Shown in pieces: positions 57,202-64,000 of a stretch of 64,000 nt of DNA. Origin of the DNA: Eledone cirrhosa (taxonomy: Eukaryota). The stretch covers positions 24,800,001 through 24,864,000 of the forward strand of contig OZ024759.1 of assembly GCA_964016885.1 (NCBI GenBank), read 5' to 3'. Both the position numbers and the translations under genes were made by a program. The notes beneath the pieces are model-generated. The model searched no databases, had not been told where the DNA came from, and worked only from the letters and a program-made list of their open reading frames with translations. Numbering within the stretch: the stretch's first letter is position 1; each line of letters begins with the position of its first letter.

Positions 57202-58053
57202 GTCTTCCAAGAATGTAAGTAACCATTGTGGGTTCTAAATATCAAGAATGTAAAGAAAGTGTCTAAGGTTCGAATCTAAGTAAGTCAAGAAAAAATGTTG
57301 TAAAAAGTATCTAAGGTTCTATTCCAACTATCTTCAAGGGTTCTAAGAATCTAAGTTAGAAGGTTCGAATGTAGTAAGAAGTATCTAAGCTCCTATTCCA
57401 ACTGTCTTCTTAGAAACCTTGAAGGTTACTTACCTTCTTGGAAGATAGTAAGATTAGAACCTTAGATACTTCTTACTCCATTCTAAACTTGACTCTTAGA
57501 TTCTAACCCATGATAATTCTTGACTTACTTAGATACTTTCTTTACATACTTGGAAGACAGTTAGATGCTTCTTACTACATTCTTGACTTAGATTCGAACC
57601 TTTGATACTTCAAGGTTCTTGGAAGACAGTTGGATTCGAACCTTCAATACTTTTTTTTACATACTTGAAGGTTCTTGATACTTAGATGGTTACATTCTTG
57701 GACGACTGTTGGATTCGAACCCTTAATGACACTTTTTACATTGTTGATTTTTATTGATACTTATTTTTCATTCCCTTTATGTTACTACTTTTGGACAATT
57801 GTTACATTCGAACCCTTGATGGTTCTTTCTCTAATATTTCTTTCCTTTTCACATTATTGATATTTTCTATTCTCTTTCCTTAGATTGGAACCATTGGTGA
57901 TACTGTCTATTTTTGGAGCGACTGTTGGATTTGAAACCTTGATGAGGCTGTTTAAACATTTTTAGTTTCTTTGTGTCATTCATTTTTGTCAAAATAAACT
58001 GAACACAATTTGTATATAATATGTAAACTGTATTCATTTTTGTCAAAATAAAC
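57202..58053. mobile_element. Degenerate foldback-like module with short subrepeats, related to the inner arms of the palindrome
   Basis: Shuffled motifs (ggttcgaatc, tatctaag, cttccaag, aagaatgt) flip orientation near 57420; 57976-58053 matches 53895-54003 (ttcatttttgtcaaaataaac...gtatataatatgtaaact). Confidence 0.55.
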
Positions 58054-59885
58054 CGAAACCAAAGGTTGCACATACATGATAAGTGTATGAAATTTTAAAT
58101 ATACTATATAGATAATAATGAGTTGACAGACCCAGCATATTTATCAATGCTAGGACCGGTTGTATCTCAGCGTACTCAATGGGCAATGTAAGATACATAT
58201 ATATATATATAAGATATATACAAAGATATATATATATATATACTAGATTTATATACTATATAGAGAGAGATACGAAGTCTCATCACGAAAAATAAAATTT
58301 GTCTCATTTTGAAATTCGCATTTTTATGTCTCTTTCGGGCCATGGGTTCCTTCTTTCACAATAATTCTACCTACCGTATGGGATTCCATTGTTTTCACAG
58401 AATGGAAACCTGCAGTATCAATATAACATATATGTTACGTACTGCATTGGACAATCAATTTACGAACAAATGGCGTCTTCGAACGTAACACATTCGTAAG
58501 TTGGAAACTTACTGTATATATATATCTTGTGTTGCCACACAACTGTTCCACATATTTTTTTTGTAAAATCATGGGTGAGTGGTAAATCGCGATCTTGGAC
58601 AAAATCTAATTGTCTGGCTCATTAAAAAAATATATAATTTATATATAGAACTGTTTCATTCAAAAGAAATCATATATATAGTTTAATGGATTGTAACCTT
58701 ACGTTACTGTTGGCTCACCAACTTGAGCACTTGATGCGCTATTGATTCCAGAGTCAAGCCCAATCGATACAGATTGAACCTTCAGGTGATCAAACGTGCA
58801 TCACACCTTAATAAACTTAATGATGAGATACTCACCCCTAGTTCTTACTTATTATTAACTAACTGGCCCTGTGCCGTCAAATTGTAATATGTATACATAA
58901 AATAATAAAAAGAAATGTTTGTTTGTTGGTTGGTTCCTTCACACTCACTCACACAAATGATACAAACATACAAACCTTTCTCAGTCGACGTTATCAACGC
59001 TTCCTTTCTAAGTCAATGTTATCAGCCCTTCCTTTCTCAGTTGACGTCATCAGCCCTTCCTTTCTCAGTTGACGTCATCACCCCTTCCTTCTTCAGCCAT
59101 CTCTTGTGATAGATAAAAACACAAGCATATTAGATATTAGTAATAGATTATATATACATACTCTAGGTGAACATGTGATTCTCCATGTTACGCATACTTC
59201 CTAAAAGTTAACTGAAACAATCAATGGTTCTATCTGGAACCAAACATAATCAATAAATCAAGTAAGAAACTCAAAAAGACAACAAATATATTTAAAAAAT
59301 AATTTATTCATATATGGAAATCTGTGTTAATGATTGTAGCCAACTGACTACAACTGCGGTTTTTTTTTCAAATCTCTCCCATGTAGCAAACATCTCTTAT
59401 ATACAACTGGTAGACTGTACAGTCTGATGTAGGAATATTTCACAAAACTGTAACTTAAAAATTGATAAAAATGATCAAAGAGCAATTACAGGAGAGAGAG
59501 AAAAAAAAGGGGGAAAAAAAAAAAACACATAAAAAAAATTGTACCATTGATGATACAAGAGCAATTTTGTTTTAGACATAAAAAAATATATAAAGGAAAT
59601 TTGAAGATACAATTTTACATGGTTTTGATAGAGAGAAATATTGTCAAGAGACATTTAGGCTTTACTAGATTACTAAGAAATATTTAAACAATGTCTGTTT
59701 ATTGTTGTTGTTGTTATCTGAAAGGTATAACCTTTTGTTTCGCATTGGCTAATATTTATTACTGATTGTGACAATGTGACAAAAATGAACTAGTAAGGGG
59801 CAACAAGGCAACTATCTCTCCTTCCGGTCACAAAGAAAACTGTTTATTTTGCCCTATAGTTTGATAACCATTCTTTTCCTCAGTG

Positions 59886-60088
59886 TTAACTCTTTAGCAT
59901 TTACATTACTCTATATATACTATTGTATAGTCATGGTAAAGGCTTTACCTCACATAATATTGAATCTATGATATTTATTTTGAGATATACCTTAACATCA
60001 GTATGAGTGGCTAGTTATGGTCAGTTTCAACAGAAAGAGGTGAGAGAATTCTGGCTGGATACAGCCGGTTGAAATATTAAAGGGTTAA
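59886..60088. mobile_element. piggyBac-like MITE copy
   Basis: TTAA-CTCTTTAGCATTTAC ... AAAGGG-TTAA. Confidence 0.65.
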
Positions 60089-61440
60089 AGTAACAAACAA
60101 GCAGCATAGTTTAAACTAGTCAGAATATCTACTAAGAATCCATAGAAGAACTCAATAACTTAATACTGTGTAAGAGAAATATCTAGATTTATGGTAGAAT
60201 GGACACCTGATAGTTGGAACAATTTCATTTACCACAGCAGAGTTAAGAAAATGGTTAATGATTGTTTGAATCAAATAAACCCAAAATTCAGCTTCAACAT
60301 TCTATGTATCTGATTTGTGCAAACTACTCAGAAATTTTAGTCTTCAAGGAAAAGTATCAGCTTTGTAAAAAATAGTTTTTTTTGTTGAAATATTTAATCA
60401 ACTCTAGCAAATATATGGATGGCAGAATCTAATATAATTATAAGAAGAGATAAGAAAAAAATATATAGACTAAAAGAGGAAGAAAAAATAATCATGTTTT
60501 TCAGCAGTTTAAAAAAAAAAAAAATTTACCAAAAAGACATTTTTGTTATAAATGTTTGAAAAGAGAAAAAGAAATGATGAAGAAGTTGAGCTTTCAACAA
60601 AGGGCAGCAGAAATATAGAAAGTGGGGGGTAAAATGAATATCAATGTCTGACATTTTGAAAGTAAATAGAGTCGGTCAATGGAGAGCTCAGTGGTGAATA
60701 TTATAAAGGGAATTTAAAAAAAAAGAAAAAAAACATAAGTAGCTTATTTGTTGAGTGTTGTGTGAAGGGTTTTTGAATCAAAAGTGAATAGAATTGAGGC
60801 ACCCGGGGAAAAGACAAAGATATAAAAGAATTAATGAGCCCTTCTGAAACAAAAATGTCTGAAACTGCCCCTGTTTCTACGATACAAAACTGTTTGTTTT
60901 AAAGTGTTTATATCTATCTATCAGAATTTTATGTAAAAACCTTTAAGCTATGTTAAAAAAACCCAAGTTAATAATAAGAGAGTTAGTTTTATGACTAAAT
61001 CCTTCCAAATATGGTAATGAAAGAGTTAAAATGCTCATGAATCTAAACACTTTCCAATATAATGTAATTTAAGAACCTTTGTTAAGTTATGTTCCAAGCA
61101 TCAAGTTAATAATTAGAAAGTTAATGATATTACAAAATCCTTCGAAATATAGTAATGAAAGAGTAACAATGCTTATATTAATCTAAAAACCTTCCACCAT
61201 AAGTCAATGTAAGAACCTTTGTTAAGTTATGGTCCAAACACGCGAGTTAGTTATCTTATACTAAACATCAGTCCAAATTTCTAATTATTTGAAAGTCACA
61301 GGCAATGTTTTTCATTAGAAATGTGATGATAAAAGAATTAGAAAAAGGAGAAACATTTTTTTAAAATGATTTTCTAAAACTGAATTTGTGGAAGATTGAA
61401 GAATGATTAAATACAGGATTGAATTGAATAAACAATGTTT

Positions 61441-61471
<31 letters not shown>

Positions 61472-61917
61472 TATATATATACACACATATACATATACAC
61501 ACATATATATATATATATACATACACACATATATATATATACACACATATGTGTACATATATACACATATATAAATGTGAGTGTATTTAGAACAGCTTTA
61601 AGCACACATCCTATAAAATAAGTTTCATATTAAAGAACTCTAATATACTGCTGCTATGTCAGATATAACTGAAGTTGTCCCTACTATAGAAATAGAAATA
61701 CATTCTTAGCTGAGCTTGAATGGTCTTCCAGCGCGTCTCCTTCACTATCCTCCAGGGAAACGCCTTCTCTATTCTATCCACCAGGTCCGCGGGGTGGTTA
61801 GCGCTTGGGCTCCCATTTGCTCATAATAGTGAGAGATGGGGAGAGCTGGAGAGACTGAGGCAGTGACAGTGGGAGTTTGGTTTCTTTGTGTTCGGACCTA
61901 GTGTAAAGGTATATATA

Positions 61918-62200
61918 CATTTTTTTCACACTCAGAGTTGCTGAAGCATGGAATAAACTACCTGCATCAGTTGTTAGGACACTGCATCCATCAAAACCTC
62001 CCAAGTTTCCTGAAATTCGCCAACACTACACCTAATGTTCCCCCTCCATACACATACACACATGTATATCATGACTCATACACTGTTCACTTTCCTGACA
62101 TTTGTACATTATTCTATTTACTATACATGCACCTTTGATGAGTTGTAGTGCACCTGAGCACTGTAGACCCTAATTTCATTATTATTATTATTATTATTTA
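61918..62200 (+). mobile_element. CR1/L2-like LINE 3' end
   Basis: catttttttcacactcagagttgctgaagcatggaataaactacc and the same 3' UTR/(ATT)n as 44945-45352. Confidence 0.75.
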
Positions 62201-62609
62201 TGTCTATTTACCACATTGCATGTTACATACTCCCAAGTGATCGTATACATTAGTACCACTACAACTATTACATAAATCATGTCATGCAAATCTACCTTGA
62301 CTGGATTTATTTACCATTTTGTAAGAATGATACACTAAGTCCAGAAAATACTATCACTTCCTTGTGACTAGTGTGAAGAAGAAGCACACAAAGTATTTAT
62401 TCTATGAAATCATCACCATCATCATAATTACTATTATTATTGCTTTAACAGAGATTGTCTATAGAAAGTGTCTAGCACATCATTGGTAAGATTTCTGGAA
62501 ATTTCTACAGCAACATGTGGCCAGATATTTGCTCTCTCTATCTCATTTTACACTCATCATTTCCTGCTCCAGCTGTGCCAATGACACAACCACCTGTCAA
62601 GTGTCGTAA

Positions 62610-63190
62610 TGATGTAGCACTGGTGCCACAATAAATTACAGCCAGTACACTCCGCAAAGTGGTAGTGTTGGTGACATGATATAACATAGCCAGTACTCTG
62701 TAAAGTGGTAGCATTGGTGACATGATATAACATAGCCAGTACTCTGTAAAGTGGTAGCATTGGTGACATGATATAACACACCATGAAAGGTGGTGTTACT
62801 GGTGACATGATAACACACCCAGTACACTCTGTAAAGTGGTAGCATTGGTGCCACAATACAACATAACCAGTACACTCTGTAAAGTGGTAGTGTTGATGAC
62901 ATGATATAACACACACTGTAAGGTGGTAGTACTGGTGACATGATAACACATGTAAGGTGGTAATACTGGTGTCACAATAAAACACAGTAGTACAGTGGTT
63001 GGCATTAGAAAGAACATCCATCTAGAAAACCAAGCCAAAAGTGGAGCAAGGTGCAGTCTCTTAACCAGTGTAACTTCAGTACCATGACAACTTGCCAAAC
63101 TGCAGACACCATGGCAACGTGTCTAACCTCAGTACCATGACAATCTGTCTAACCTCAGACACATGAAAAAGATGTTAAATGGTGATGATG
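62610..63190 (+). repeat. SINE remnant with tandemly amplified internal domain
   Basis: Repeated ccagtacactctgtaaagtggtag...ggtgacatgatataac (reverse complement related to the 51-bp unit), followed by tggttggcattagaaagaacatccatc and a (TGA)n tail. Confidence 0.65.
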
Positions 63191-64000
63191 ATGGCACATA
63201 AGAGAAATATTACTTTAGCAAATGACTAAGAGAGGGTGAAAATGTAATCACCCTCATATATTATTCCAGTAACACAGGGTCCTGTGCTCAGTGAGGGTAT
63301 TACAACTTAGAAAGCTCTCTATGTCTCTCTATATATAAATATAATATTCCTGTAACACATATACACTATGTTATGCAAATATATTATAACTTACAAAGCT
63401 CCCCTCCATTCTCTCTCTCATATATATATATTGCATACAGATCAGCAAAACTGTACAGTCGGGACTTCGCAGAAAAAATAGGTATATATTTGTGTCTATT
63501 ATTTCCATTTATGCTATAATTTGATGTATGTATGTATATGTCGGGTCACTCTTGAGTACTACTGGTAATATGTAACCCAGTACAACCTGTTGCATGGTCG
63601 GGTCGTCGGCGACTAAACTGGCAACCCCACCAAGTTTACTTGGTGAGGAGGGTGATTTTGGACACCCTGCAGGACAAAAAACAAAACCTGACAAAGAGCA
63701 GGAGAACTCATAAGAGTCAACGGCCATCCAAAAATGTGTAAATATGTATGTACACATGTATTGCGTGGTTAAACCACTGTGAGGGCATTCTTCTAGGAGA
63801 AGGCAACTCAGGAAACTGGAATAACTCTGATATAAAACCTGTGGCTCAGTAGTTACCGATGATGTTGATTTTTGCTTCTTTTCGGGTTATAGCTACTATC
63901 GCTCAGAGAGTGGGATTGGCTCAGTGCACAGTCTTTCCTCACTTTAAAAAATATCTTCACGCACAGGTATTGCACGATAGAATTAATTAATAAGTATTAA

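Overview
AT-rich, repeat-dense animal genomic DNA, most likely from a cephalopod mollusc (inferred from the tRNA-derived SINEs with RTE-type tails, the dense (TA)n tracts and the RTE/CR1/Tx1 fragments; not verified). The only well-supported host gene is the 3' part of an SLC17-family (sialin-like) MFS anion transporter on the + strand. It has 7 exons (10963-25086) with GT-AG introns and consistent phases, giving 344 aa plus a stop; no 5' exons were recognised, so they probably lie upstream of the window. Most of the rest is transposon debris, minisatellites and a ~4.9 kb compound (TA)n tract. The standout structure is a ~7.6 kb palindrome (49596-57201, centre 53399/53400). Its GC-rich core has seven symmetry axes spaced 37.5 bp apart, with flip/flop variants, and is flanked by hairpins and modular subrepeats. 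Each arm carries a tRNA-like structured CpG-rich segment and inward-facing splice signals, and a related foldback module abuts the right arm. Also present are hammerhead ribozyme motifs in Penelope-like inverted repeats inserted at (TA)n, an intron-containing tRNA-Lys pseudogene, and a Tx1/L1-like LINE sitting in a microsatellite. Most ORF-track entries are microsatellite or minisatellite artefacts.
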